Part shown: one piece after another, positions 7,896-16,587 of the stretch
Layout: each line of letters begins with the position of its first letter
How positions within the stretch are numbered: position 1 is the stretch's first letter
NCBI GenBank assembly: GCA_030697855.1
Contig: JAUYOU010000053.1
Span: forward strand, 1-28,010
Direction of reading: 5' to 3'
Length of the DNA stretch: 28,010 bases
Source of the DNA: a bacterium
GTDB taxonomy: Bacteria > Patescibacteriota > Minisyncoccia > JACQLN01
The notes under the pieces: generated by a model
Told to the model about the DNA's origin: nothing
The model's database searches: none
The model's input: only the letters and a program-made list of their open reading frames with translations
Position numbers and translations under genes: made by a program

Positions 7896-9092
7896 TTATT
7901 TTCCTGGATAAAATATTTCTTTAAGTCCTAGTTTTAAGTCGTCGGTAGATAGCGCACCCTGTTTGAGTTTATTATATAACTGTTTGCCCTTATTTTTTTC
8001 TTCTTCGGTAAGGTTTTTTTGTAATAGTACTTGAAGCATATCCAACCACTCGGTTTCGGTTTTTAAACTAAGTGGACCTGTTCCAATATCAGAAAGAATA
8101 CGAGTGCCAGTAGTTAGTATTTCTATTTGTTCGGTATTTAAACCAGAACCGAGTTCTGATTCAGGAGGTGTTGGATTTTGTGAAGGATTTACTCTATTTT
8201 CTTTCTGTATGCATTTTTTAGTTGCTAAGTCACATTCTGTTCCAATACCACGGCATTCATTAGAAATATCAGTTCTGCAATTTTCGCCTAGCGCTTTATA
8301 AGAACTGCACTCGCCGGATATATTTTCAGCTAATTCGCCAGAAGATGTTTTAAAACATCTTTGTCCTTCGGGGCATTGTGCTGGAAAGCATGTTGATCCC
8401 CCGGCCGTCTTTGTTCCAGCAACACAAATATTTTTTGTATCGTCACAAGTTAAATCTCTGCCACATTCGTAATCTTTTGTGCATGCGTGACCAGCTTCAA
8501 AACCATTAAACAACTCGCCTGTATCGGTGCATATACCACTAGACGATTTACCAGTCTTTACACATGTAAGAAATCCACCACAATCAAAACTCGATCCGCA
8601 AGCTTCTCCTGCAGCGCGTTTAGTAGTAAAAAGTTTTGCCCAAAAATCGAACATACCGCTTGGTGCGTCTGTTCCAAAATTTACGCCAGGGTTTTTTATA
8701 TTAACCAATTGCGGGTTTATTGTTTGCAAAAACAAATAAGAACCTAAAAGTATAACTAAACCTATTATTGCGCTTAGCATTCTCTCTTTTGCTTCTTTAA
8801 TGTTCCCTGGGTTGTCTCCACCTGTCATCCATAAAAGCCCAGCCCTAACAAAGGCATATATTATAGCGAGGCCCACCAGAGCTTGCGCCAAAAGAAAAAT
8901 GTATTTTATCCATTCAGCCGGTCCCATAGATTCCCCAACCTTTACCCCTTGAACTTCTGGAAACTGAACCTCAAGCGCTAAAGCCGAAAAAGGAAAAACT
9001 ACAAAACTCAATAAACAAATAGCAAACAGTACCCAGAATTTTGGATTCCTGATTTTAGAATCAGCACTTGTTTGTAGTTTGGAATTTATCAT
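7896..9092 (-). CDS. T4SS-pilin (VirB2/TrbC-like) domain protein with Cys-rich extracellular repeats
   Basis: Signal peptide (SALA|LE); pilin signature AGLLWMTGGDNPGNIKEAKERMLSAIIGLVILLGSYLFLQTINP; four GxxC...C...C modules. Confidence 0.75.
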   Translation of the reverse strand: MINSKLQTSADSKIRNPKFWVLFAICLLSFVVFPFSALALEVQFPEVQGVKVGESMGPAEWIKYIFLLAQALVGLAIIYAFVRAGLLWMTGGDNPGNIKEAKERMLSAIIGLVILLGSYLFLQTINPQLVNIKNPGVNFGTDAPSGMFDFWAKLFTTKRAAGEACGSSFDCGGFLTCVKTGKSSSGICTDTGELFNGFEAGHACTKDYECGRDLTCDDTKNICVAGTKTAGGSTCFPAQCPEGQRCFKTSSGELAENISGECSSYKALGENCRTDISNECRGIGTECDLATKKCIQKENRVNPSQNPTPPESELGSGLNTEQIEILTTGTRILSDIGTGPLSLKTETEWLDMLQVLLQKNLTEEEKNKGKQLYNKLKQGALSTDDLKLGLKEIFYPGK

Positions 9093-9098
9093 TTGTAA
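9001..9098. repeat. Degenerate inverted short-repeat element overlapping the pilin gene start
   Basis: acaaaactcaataaacaaatagcaaac ... ccagaattttgg ... ttgtttgtagtttggaatttatcatttg resembles the arms of 6589-6738. Confidence 0.5.
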
Positions 9099-9099
9099 A

Positions 9100-9930
9100 T
9101 TATTTAATTATTTTTATATTAATATTTGCAGTAGCTCTATCAAAAATATTATTTTTCTGCTTACTATTTTTCAATTCCAATCTTAAGCTAGAATATGCTC
9201 CTGGCAAAGCAGAGGCTGAAATATGTAAAGGTAAAATATCTTTTCTTGTTCCAGAATTTTTATCTTCTTTGCCATCTAGTTTCCATATAAAATCTAACCC
9301 ATCTAAGTTAGATAAATTAAAATAAAAAGGACGCACCAAAATATTTGCTTCACCATTGGGTCTAAGTTTTAAAGAATCAAAAATAGAATTAGTAAAAATA
9401 TTATTATTTATTATATAAAAATAAGTTTCTGGTTTCGATGTTTTTATTGTTAAAGATGCACTACCTTTTTTACCTTTTTCATCTTGTGCAAATACTCTTA
9501 ATTCGTGTGTAAATTCTGGAGATTGAAATGTAAACCAATTAAACGTGCTTTTACCCCTACCTTGAAGCTCTGGCCCCTCTTTATTGGAAGAAATATCATC
9601 TATTAACCAAGTGTAAATTAAACTGTCTGGGTTAGGTACATCGGCTATGGCATGGAAAGCAATAGAAGATAAAGAACTTGGCAAGGCTTTGCCTTTGTAA
9701 TCGAATGGCACTAATGTATTAGCTTTCCAAACGATATCTAAATTAAAATCATTACCTTGCACTAGTTCTTCTTTAAGCGTAGTCTCTACTGTAGAATTTA
9801 TTAAATTTTCTACTTGTTCTATATCTGTGTCGCTTACTTGATCTAAATTTTCTTGAGCTAAAGAAAAATTAGGTACGGCAAACATGCCTATAGTTAATAT
9901 GAAAAATATTTTTTTATAGGTTATGTTCAT
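9100..9930 (-). CDS. Secreted hypothetical protein, probable Ig-like beta-sandwich domains
   Basis: Signal peptide (FSLA|QE); WKANTLVPFDYKGKALP and LIYTWLID; beta-strand patterning. Confidence 0.6.
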   Translation of the reverse strand: MNITYKKIFFILTIGMFAVPNFSLAQENLDQVSDTDIEQVENLINSTVETTLKEELVQGNDFNLDIVWKANTLVPFDYKGKALPSSLSSIAFHAIADVPNPDSLIYTWLIDDISSNKEGPELQGRGKSTFNWFTFQSPEFTHELRVFAQDEKGKKGSASLTIKTSKPETYFYIINNNIFTNSIFDSLKLRPNGEANILVRPFYFNLSNLDGLDFIWKLDGKEDKNSGTRKDILPLHISASALPGAYSSLRLELKNSKQKNNIFDRATANINIKIIK

Positions 9931-9933
9931 TTA

Positions 9934-10338
9934 TTAAGATGTTTTGTTCATAATGTTTAGCACTTTTTCCATTTTCTTTTTTTCTCTGTTATGGGCTCGC
10001 CATACAAATAGCGACCAAAATGAGACAGCCGATAACCACGGTACAAATTCCACTACCGCCTTACCAATGAGTCTTTTGTAAATATATTTTTGGGATAAGC
10101 TTAAATTAGTATTCACATAAGCATAAATTAACGGCACCATAAACGTGTTTGTTATTATCCCGATTATTCCGAAGGTAAAAACGCCTAGTGCTTCTATTAT
10201 ATCTAAAATATCTTTAGTTAATGCGGCGGTAAAGATCATGATTGGAAAGACGGGTTCTTTAATATCGCCGTTTTTAACACTCTCAATCTCCTCTTCTGTT
10301 AAGCCCTCGGCAGTTAATTCGGCTAGTTCATTATCCAT
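9934..10338 (-). CDS. Small membrane hypothetical protein
   Basis: Hydrophobic segments and KDILDII / VEFVPWLSAVSFWSLFVW. ATG at 10338 is preferred over TTG at 10350. Confidence 0.7.
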   Translation of the reverse strand: MDNELAELTAEGLTEEEIESVKNGDIKEPVFPIMIFTAALTKDILDIIEALGVFTFGIIGIITNTFMVPLIYAYVNTNLSLSQKYIYKRLIGKAVVEFVPWLSAVSFWSLFVWRAHNREKKKMEKVLNIMNKTS

Positions 10339-10344
10339 AATAAT

Positions 10345-10444
10345 ATGCAAATCTACGAATGCATACGAATCATACTAATGACTTCACAAATTCGTCTTCT
10401 ATTCGCATTATTCGTATCATTCGCATAGATTCGTATATTGGTAT
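10345..10444 (+). repeat. Empty palindromic element matching both ends of the GxxExxY cassette
   Basis: 10345-10381 matches revcomp 13546-13582 at 30/37, and 10410-10444 matches revcomp 13180-13214 at 32/35. Confidence 0.9.
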
Positions 10445-10447
10445 ATT

Positions 10448-12223
10448 TTATTTCTGCTGTTCTGCTAGTTCCTTCTTAGCGGCTTCTATCTCTAATAACT
10501 GTGCTGGGTCCGATGTTATTACTTGGTCTTCTGTGTACGACGCCACAACTTTTATGGCGGCACGCTTTAAACCTGCTAAAAATATTCCTTCGCCTACGTT
10601 AGATTCCAACAGTAAAAACTTTTCTTCGTCTGTTAAATTAAATGTTTGAGCAACCATGTCTATAGCCGCCGGAGACTGTTTTAACAGTATTTGAAGGGCG
10701 GAGTTAGTTACAATCGGCTTGCCATACTGCGATTTCATAAAGTCCTCTACATCTTGGGTTATAGTGGTTAATCCTAAGTAATATTTGCGACATCTTTTAG
10801 CTATACTAAACAAAAATGCTCCAGCTTCTTGGTGTTGCATCATCCACCAAGCCTCGTCCACCACCATTATCCTCTTTTTTCTTTGTGTTCTTATTAAATT
10901 CCAAACATAGTGAAGTAAAATATACATAGCTACTGGGCGAAGTTCTGGTTCAAGGTCTCTTATAGAAAAAACAACAAGGTTATTATTTAAAGTTACGTTT
11001 GTTGGTTGGTTTAAAAACCCAGAAAATGTTCCTGTAACATATTTTTCTATACGAATGGCTAATTTTTCTGCGCCCTGCATATTTTTTAATACAGTGTGTA
11101 AATCGCCCATTAATGGAACCTGCTTACCTCGCCAATCGGAATTTATGCTTATGTCGCGCGACGCATATGTTTCGGTTAAGGCCTTGTCTATAATCGAATC
11201 TTCCTCGGGTGTTAGTTGGCCCAGCATTACTTTTAGTAAGCCGGTAAGTTCTATAATATTAGATTTTAAAATTTCGGCTGGGCTTTCGTCTTCGCCTGGT
11301 GTGGTTAAATCGAATGGGTTTATATGGTTAGAAGAAGTTAAAGAAATATTTACAAAGGTTCCGCCTACTACATCGTTTAAATATTTATACTCGCTTTCGG
11401 GGTCGATAATAATTACATCGGTCCCAAGCATTAAAGAACGTAAAACTTCTAGCTTTACGGTGTAGCTTTTTCCAGAGCCAGATTTAGCAAAAACAACTGT
11501 ATTGGCGTTTTCCAAAGAAAATCTGTCAAAAAGTATAAGGCTATTGTTGTGTCTGTTTATGCCGTAAAGCACCCCTTTATTAGATGTAAGATCTGCAGAA
11601 ACAAAAGGAAAGAAAGAAGAAAGCGGACCAGTATTTAAACTGTTATGTACCTGAAGCTTATCTAGGTTTAAAGGCAGTGTAGATGTATAGCCTTCTTGTT
11701 GTTGAAATACCGCAACTTTAGAGTAAATTAATTTTGATTCTAGAATAGTATTTATCTTGTTTTCTACATCATCTAATTCCTTAACAGATGACGCATAAAA
11801 AGTTATATATAAACCAGCTCTAAAAAATCTTTCGGTGCCTTGTTGCAATTTATCGCGTAAGGATTCTAAATCTTGGTATGCGGTTTCTAACATTGGGTCG
11901 CGAATATAGCCCCCTTCTTCTTTTTCCGACATCTGCGCACCAATTTGAGCTGTTTTTTTAGTTAGTTTTTTTAGAACTGGGCCGGTTTCCGAAGGTTCAA
12001 TAAATAAAGAAACGTCGAAGGTTTTATCTAGGTTAATAATTGGCGAAAACCAGCCAACGCTTAAAAAACGTGGGTAAGCTGCTACAAACAATGTTCTAGA
12101 AAATTTATCACCTATTTGCAAATTAGAAGGGTTAACTTGCAAAGCAGGTGGAGCCAAAAGATCTTCTAGGCTACCGGCCGAGGAAATTTGTTGGTTTTTA
12201 GGTTCTGTATTTTGTTGATCCAT
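10448..12223 (-). CDS. virB4: VirB4-like T4SS ATPase
   Basis: Walker A variant FAKSGSGKS, VIIIDPESEY, INPFD, LVVFSIRDL, Walker B VVDEAWWMM, and RCRKYYLGLTTITQDVEDF. Confidence 0.9.
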   Translation of the reverse strand: MDQQNTEPKNQQISSAGSLEDLLAPPALQVNPSNLQIGDKFSRTLFVAAYPRFLSVGWFSPIINLDKTFDVSLFIEPSETGPVLKKLTKKTAQIGAQMSEKEEGGYIRDPMLETAYQDLESLRDKLQQGTERFFRAGLYITFYASSVKELDDVENKINTILESKLIYSKVAVFQQQEGYTSTLPLNLDKLQVHNSLNTGPLSSFFPFVSADLTSNKGVLYGINRHNNSLILFDRFSLENANTVVFAKSGSGKSYTVKLEVLRSLMLGTDVIIIDPESEYKYLNDVVGGTFVNISLTSSNHINPFDLTTPGEDESPAEILKSNIIELTGLLKVMLGQLTPEEDSIIDKALTETYASRDISINSDWRGKQVPLMGDLHTVLKNMQGAEKLAIRIEKYVTGTFSGFLNQPTNVTLNNNLVVFSIRDLEPELRPVAMYILLHYVWNLIRTQRKKRIMVVDEAWWMMQHQEAGAFLFSIAKRCRKYYLGLTTITQDVEDFMKSQYGKPIVTNSALQILLKQSPAAIDMVAQTFNLTDEEKFLLLESNVGEGIFLAGLKRAAIKVVASYTEDQVITSDPAQLLEIEAAKKELAEQQK

Positions 12224-12225
12224 AT

Positions 12226-12894
12226 TTATTCTGGTTTTTTAGCTTCATCTCCTGTTGCTATTAATGCCTCCAAATTTTTTTGTTTAACCTCTGCCCCAGG
12301 GTTGTAAGATGTATATAAGAGCTCTATTAAACCTTCTTTTTCTAGCGGAACTGCTTTTAAACCCATAGAACTTAGTAAGCTTGTTACCTGATCCATTCTT
12401 TGCTGAAGAGTATTTTTTTGTGTTTCAAAATTTAAATCTTTTTGGTTTTGGGCTGATGCTTTGTTTTTATAAAAAAACTTAGAGAAAAACCCTGTTTCTA
12501 GTATCTGCACGGTACTTAATGGAATTATTACATAAAAAAACTTAGACATCACATTGGTAAGCTTAATTAGTTCTTGAATAAAATTTACATATTCCGAAGT
12601 CTGTATTTTAAGAAGTTCGTTGGTTTGTATACCTATTCTCTCGTTTAAAAATTTTAAATATTCCGAAATATCTAATTTCCTTGATTGAACTAATATTTGA
12701 ACAGGAAAATCTATAGAATTTATAAAACCCTGAAACCTATCGATTATGGCTGTTTGTTCGTCGCTAGATTTTAAAGCAAAATTTATGGAAGACACCATCA
12801 AAACAGCGCGTAAACCGCCATTTTTTAAAACAATGACTCCGTCTTTGATCTCTTTAGCCTCTATTAATTGATGGGTTGATGAAGTATTTGCCAT
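12226..12894 (-). CDS. TraC-like/VirB4-associated protein
   Basis: GLRAVLMVSSINFALKS, FINSIDFPVQILVQSRKLDI and KFFYVIIP; lies between prgI and virB4. Confidence 0.65.
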   Translation of the reverse strand: MANTSSTHQLIEAKEIKDGVIVLKNGGLRAVLMVSSINFALKSSDEQTAIIDRFQGFINSIDFPVQILVQSRKLDISEYLKFLNERIGIQTNELLKIQTSEYVNFIQELIKLTNVMSKFFYVIIPLSTVQILETGFFSKFFYKNKASAQNQKDLNFETQKNTLQQRMDQVTSLLSSMGLKAVPLEKEGLIELLYTSYNPGAEVKQKNLEALIATGDEAKKPE

Positions 12895-12895
12895 T

Positions 12896-13174
12896 TTATT
12901 TTTTCTTCCACAAGTATAATTGCGGTTTTAACGAAAACTTAATAAACGACGATATATATTTTAATGCTGGTATGCCTTTAATTTTACCAAACGCTAGTAT
13001 TATGGCGGCTAAAGCCACGGGAATAGAAAGTGTTATAGCAAAAGCTGTGGTAAGTGTTTTTAAAAATATAAAACAAAGTACGCCAGCAACAGCCACAAAA
13101 CCAAACTGTTTTAAAGTTAACGGGCCTATTATTTTATCTTCTATTTCTATAAATTGTGGTACTTGGAACTGCAT
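12896..13174 (-). CDS. prgI: PrgI family (VirB3-like) membrane protein
   Basis: MQFQVPQFIEIEDKIIGPLTLKQF signature and two TM helices. Confidence 0.88.
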   Translation of the reverse strand: MQFQVPQFIEIEDKIIGPLTLKQFGFVAVAGVLCFIFLKTLTTAFAITLSIPVALAAIILAFGKIKGIPALKYISSFIKFSLKPQLYLWKKK

Positions 13175-13179
13175 AAAAT

Positions 13180-13582
13180 ATACTAATTTACGAATCTATG
13201 CGAATTATACGAATAGGTTTTAAATACTTGCTTCTAAAATTTACTAATATACCTAATTTTATTTTATGATCTTGAAGATATCTCTGTGTTTGTGTAAAAT
13301 GTTCTCTTAAAACAAACGGGGTAGCTTTAATTTCCAATATTATTTTGTTGTCTATTACAAAATCGGGTATATTTTTAAGCGATGTTTCTTTTTCTCTTAT
13401 GTAATTAATCTTAGCATCTTTCAGTAATGACTCTATTGCATCAGAATACTGTTTCTCCCTACAAAATCTTTCCAACTCGTTATGTACTTTAAAAAGAATC
13501 CCATTTATTTTATAAGAAAGTTCTTTGTATATAATTTTCGTGTCTTCATTTGTATAATTCGTACCCATTCGCATATTGGCAT
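13180..13582 (-). mobile_element. Palindrome-bounded GxxExxY gene cassette (filled form)
   Basis: Inverted acgaat/attcgt arrays at 13180-13214 and 13546-13582 overlap the gene ends. An empty counterpart sits at 10345-10444. Confidence 0.6.
13188..13574 (-). CDS. GxxExxY family PD-(D/E)XK nuclease-like protein
   Basis: LFKVHNELERFCREKQY (ExxY kept, G replaced), DFVIDNKIILEIKA, QTQRYL and LGILVNF. The start may be ATG at 13568. Confidence 0.88.
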   Translation of the reverse strand: MRMGTNYTNEDTKIIYKELSYKINGILFKVHNELERFCREKQYSDAIESLLKDAKINYIREKETSLKNIPDFVIDNKIILEIKATPFVLREHFTQTQRYLQDHKIKLGILVNFRSKYLKPIRIIRIDS

Positions 13583-13583
13583 A

Positions 13584-14300
13584 CTATGTAAAGAAGCTAT
13601 TATATTTATTAACCCTCTTCATCATTTTACCTTTTTTTGGGTTGTTTGGTCTTATATTGCGAGAAAAATAAAACGAAGCAGGCTTAGCTGGAGGTGTTTG
13701 TTGTCTTATTTTGTTTAATACCTCATCTCTTCTTTTTTGCGCGTCGTTGTAATTTGGTTGGTATGCTGGTGGTGTAAGTTTAACAGGTTGCTGTGCCGCT
13801 CCGTAGTTTCTGGACGGCGGAGTTTGAGATCTTTGCTGTGTTTGAGGTGGTGAGGCTTGATACTGTTGGTTTTGATTTACCGCGTATTGTTTGTAATTTG
13901 TATTTTGTGTATTTGTGTTTTCACTCGTTATCCCATGCACCTGCATTAAACTTACTCTTACTGGTTGGAATATTGTTTGGTTTATATCTTGAGCAATCGC
14001 TTGAGCTTTTGTAATATCTATATTTAATTTATTTTTTAATTCGGCAATAAAGTTTTTAATTGGTAATTCACCTAAAAATATTAAGCCGATTATTCTGGCC
14101 ACCTTACTTACATCTCTATCTGCTAAATCATATTTTATTTTAGCAATATCCCACACACTATTACTGGTCTGCTCGCTTTCAAAAGAATTTTGTAAATCTT
14201 GGGGTAACTGAAACAAAACGGAAAAACGGCGCCTAGCCACAGGGTCCGAAACTTGGTTTAATTGTTCTATTTGGTCTAACGTTATTTGTTGGTTGTTCAT
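13584..14300 (-). CDS. Hypothetical protein with helical N-terminal domain and Q/P/N-rich disordered tail
   Basis: ORF track; LPQDLQ...GLIFLGEL...IFQPVR domain followed by low-complexity sequence. Confidence 0.7.
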   Translation of the reverse strand: MNNQQITLDQIEQLNQVSDPVARRRFSVLFQLPQDLQNSFESEQTSNSVWDIAKIKYDLADRDVSKVARIIGLIFLGELPIKNFIAELKNKLNIDITKAQAIAQDINQTIFQPVRVSLMQVHGITSENTNTQNTNYKQYAVNQNQQYQASPPQTQQRSQTPPSRNYGAAQQPVKLTPPAYQPNYNDAQKRRDEVLNKIRQQTPPAKPASFYFSRNIRPNNPKKGKMMKRVNKYNSFFT

Positions 14301-14304
14301 ATTT

Positions 14305-16587
14305 TTATGGACCAGCCGGAGGTGCTGCTGATGGGTCAGGCATGGTATTTAATGTTTCATTGGTTATAACTTGCTTATGGATACTTTCTTTCCATTTTCC
14401 TTTCATTCCTGGGGCCATAATACTAAGGTACTTCATTAGTTCTAAATGAGCAGCTTTATTTTTAGAAGCTAAAGAATTTAAGTTGCCCGTGGTTAGTGTG
14501 CCGTCTTTTTCGGCTTGCTTGGTTAAGAAATCGAGCAACATTTTTTGACCTGTTTTACCAGATATGCTAATTTGTTCGGTCATAAGCGTCTTCATATCTC
14601 TGTTATAATTTTCCATCATATTTTTTTCAGCAGAAGCCATCCCCTCTATTAAACTTTCAAGGCGAGTGATCTCGCTTCCATTATCTTGCTTTCTAGCTTC
14701 TGTAAGTTGACTTTCTAATTTTTTTATTTCTTTATCGCTTTTTTCCGCTTCTGTTTCACGTTTTGTCTTTAATTCATCTATTCCTCCCGGTCTGCTGGCT
14801 ATATCGTTATATTGTATAAGTTCAGAATCTTTTAGTTTACCCTTCGTATCGAAAGATTCTTTTTGGATTCCAGCGATATCGGCAGCAGTTTTAAATATGT
14901 CTTCATTAAGTATTTTGTGTATTGCTAATTCTTTATCTTCGGGTGTTTTTTTTGTTGAAATTTCGTTCCATTTATCTTTTACTTGTGGCGCATTAGCATC
15001 TTTACCAATCATTTTTTGAACATTTTCATTTAAAGCTAAATCGGGGCGTTTTTTAATAAGATCAACTACGTTGCCTCCAGAGTTTTGGAATGTCTGAAGC
15101 ATACTGAGCCACTGATCCTTAAATTCGGGTTTCTGATCCAAAGAAAACTGTCCTTTATCTATTAAGTTTTTTATCATACCAGCCCGTTCAGCCATACCTT
15201 CGGGTGTAAAGGCTGTTTGTTTTAATCTTTCCTCTATATCGTTAGGGCGGAGTTTCGCAGATTTACCAGCGGCGTCACCAAGCTCTTTTTGTTGAGCAGC
15301 AAATCTTGTACCTGCTCCACCAAGCATACGCCCAATTACAGCTTTCTTCTCTAGTTTATCTAGTTGGCTAGCCTTAAATTGTGAAAAACCTGTGTCTAGC
15401 CTACCTTTAGAAAGTTTGTCTGCTCCTGTATAAATAGCACCACCAATTGTTCTTGGAGCCGCCTTCATTGCGGTTTTTGCTTTACCTTCTACCCATTTTT
15501 TTGTGCCTTCAGCCCAGCCAACAACTAATTTGCCACCCATTGTTCCAGATTTTTGAGCTTGGCCTAAGCCGTACCATAAAATACCAATCACAAGAATAAA
15601 TTGCATAATTACCGAAAACCCCGTAGAAGGAAAAAGTGTTTCCCAAAATCCACCAGCCGCTTGTATGCTTTCAAAATTGCTTCCGCTAATAGCCTGTATG
15701 CTTTCTTGCTTTAAAGAATTAAAAGTGGATCCTGCTATTAAACCCAACATTAAAAAGAAGCTTATAGAAACAGGAAAAAATACAGCTAAATCAAAAAACT
15801 TTTTCCACCACTCGCCAAAATGATTACTCAAACCAGAAACACCCTTAATTCCTGGCATTGCCGAGCTTACCCAAGCTAAGGGCGAAACAATTATTAAAAT
15901 CCAAAGCTTTATTAACCGCGAAATCATTACACCTGCATATGCCAGCAAAACAAAAGCAATTACTATGTACATTATAAGTTGGCCAATAGATGCCATTATT
16001 AAAGACGTTACCGGCGATTCCCCACTTACGTTGTTTCTTAACTGGGCAATTGTGCCTGCACGTAAAGAACTTAATATAGAAGCGCTAACGTCTAATTCTT
16101 CGGTGGTGTTGCCTCCAGAAATAAAAAATCTAGAAATAGTGTTTCCAAAATCAATAACACTAGCGCAAATTATTAAACTAAAGTTAATGGTTAAGGCGGC
16201 AATAACTAGTTTTGGTATAAGTTTTTTCCAGCCGTATGTTTCTATTCTTAATACTGTGCCAAAAGCTATAAGCAACATTATTAATATAAAGAACATATTG
16301 GCTAAATCTCGGCTTATTGTCCAACCAATTTGAACCACTGGCACAGTGGCGAACGATTGAAAACTAAAAACATAGTTTACTATAGAACCCGCCATAGTAA
16401 TTAAGAACGAACCAAAAAAATCTACAACCATAGAAACCAAACCAAGTACAATATCCCATACGGAATCTAAAGCTAAACTCACCAAACTCCATTCTGCAAA
16501 AGCTATTTTTGGAACCAACAAAAACAAGCCAACAAAAGTTAGTAGTTTATATAAATGTTTTTTAATTAAGTTTGATAGGTTAAACAT
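14305..16587 (-). CDS. VirB6/TrbL-like polytopic membrane protein with long charged C-terminal tail
   Basis: GWTISRDLANMFFILIMLLIAF, LIPKLVIAALTINFSLII, RLIKLWILIIVSPLAW and WWKKFF; about 8 hydrophobic segments. Confidence 0.75.
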   Translation of the reverse strand: MFNLSNLIKKHLYKLLTFVGLFLLVPKIAFAEWSLVSLALDSVWDIVLGLVSMVVDFFGSFLITMAGSIVNYVFSFQSFATVPVVQIGWTISRDLANMFFILIMLLIAFGTVLRIETYGWKKLIPKLVIAALTINFSLIICASVIDFGNTISRFFISGGNTTEELDVSASILSSLRAGTIAQLRNNVSGESPVTSLIMASIGQLIMYIVIAFVLLAYAGVMISRLIKLWILIIVSPLAWVSSAMPGIKGVSGLSNHFGEWWKKFFDLAVFFPVSISFFLMLGLIAGSTFNSLKQESIQAISGSNFESIQAAGGFWETLFPSTGFSVIMQFILVIGILWYGLGQAQKSGTMGGKLVVGWAEGTKKWVEGKAKTAMKAAPRTIGGAIYTGADKLSKGRLDTGFSQFKASQLDKLEKKAVIGRMLGGAGTRFAAQQKELGDAAGKSAKLRPNDIEERLKQTAFTPEGMAERAGMIKNLIDKGQFSLDQKPEFKDQWLSMLQTFQNSGGNVVDLIKKRPDLALNENVQKMIGKDANAPQVKDKWNEISTKKTPEDKELAIHKILNEDIFKTAADIAGIQKESFDTKGKLKDSELIQYNDIASRPGGIDELKTKRETEAEKSDKEIKKLESQLTEARKQDNGSEITRLESLIEGMASAEKNMMENYNRDMKTLMTEQISISGKTGQKMLLDFLTKQAEKDGTLTTGNLNSLASKNKAAHLELMKYLSIMAPGMKGKWKESIHKQVITNETLNTMPDPSAAPPAGP

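Noticed and set aside
9068-9325. + strand ORF starting MFVVWNLSFVNY
   Set aside because: It starts in the repeat arm and is antisense to two real genes.
10359-10649. 96-aa + strand ORF (MHTNHTNDF...IRIIRIDS)
   Set aside because: It is a translation of the empty palindrome running into the antisense of virB4. It is useful as evidence of the element but is not a credible gene.
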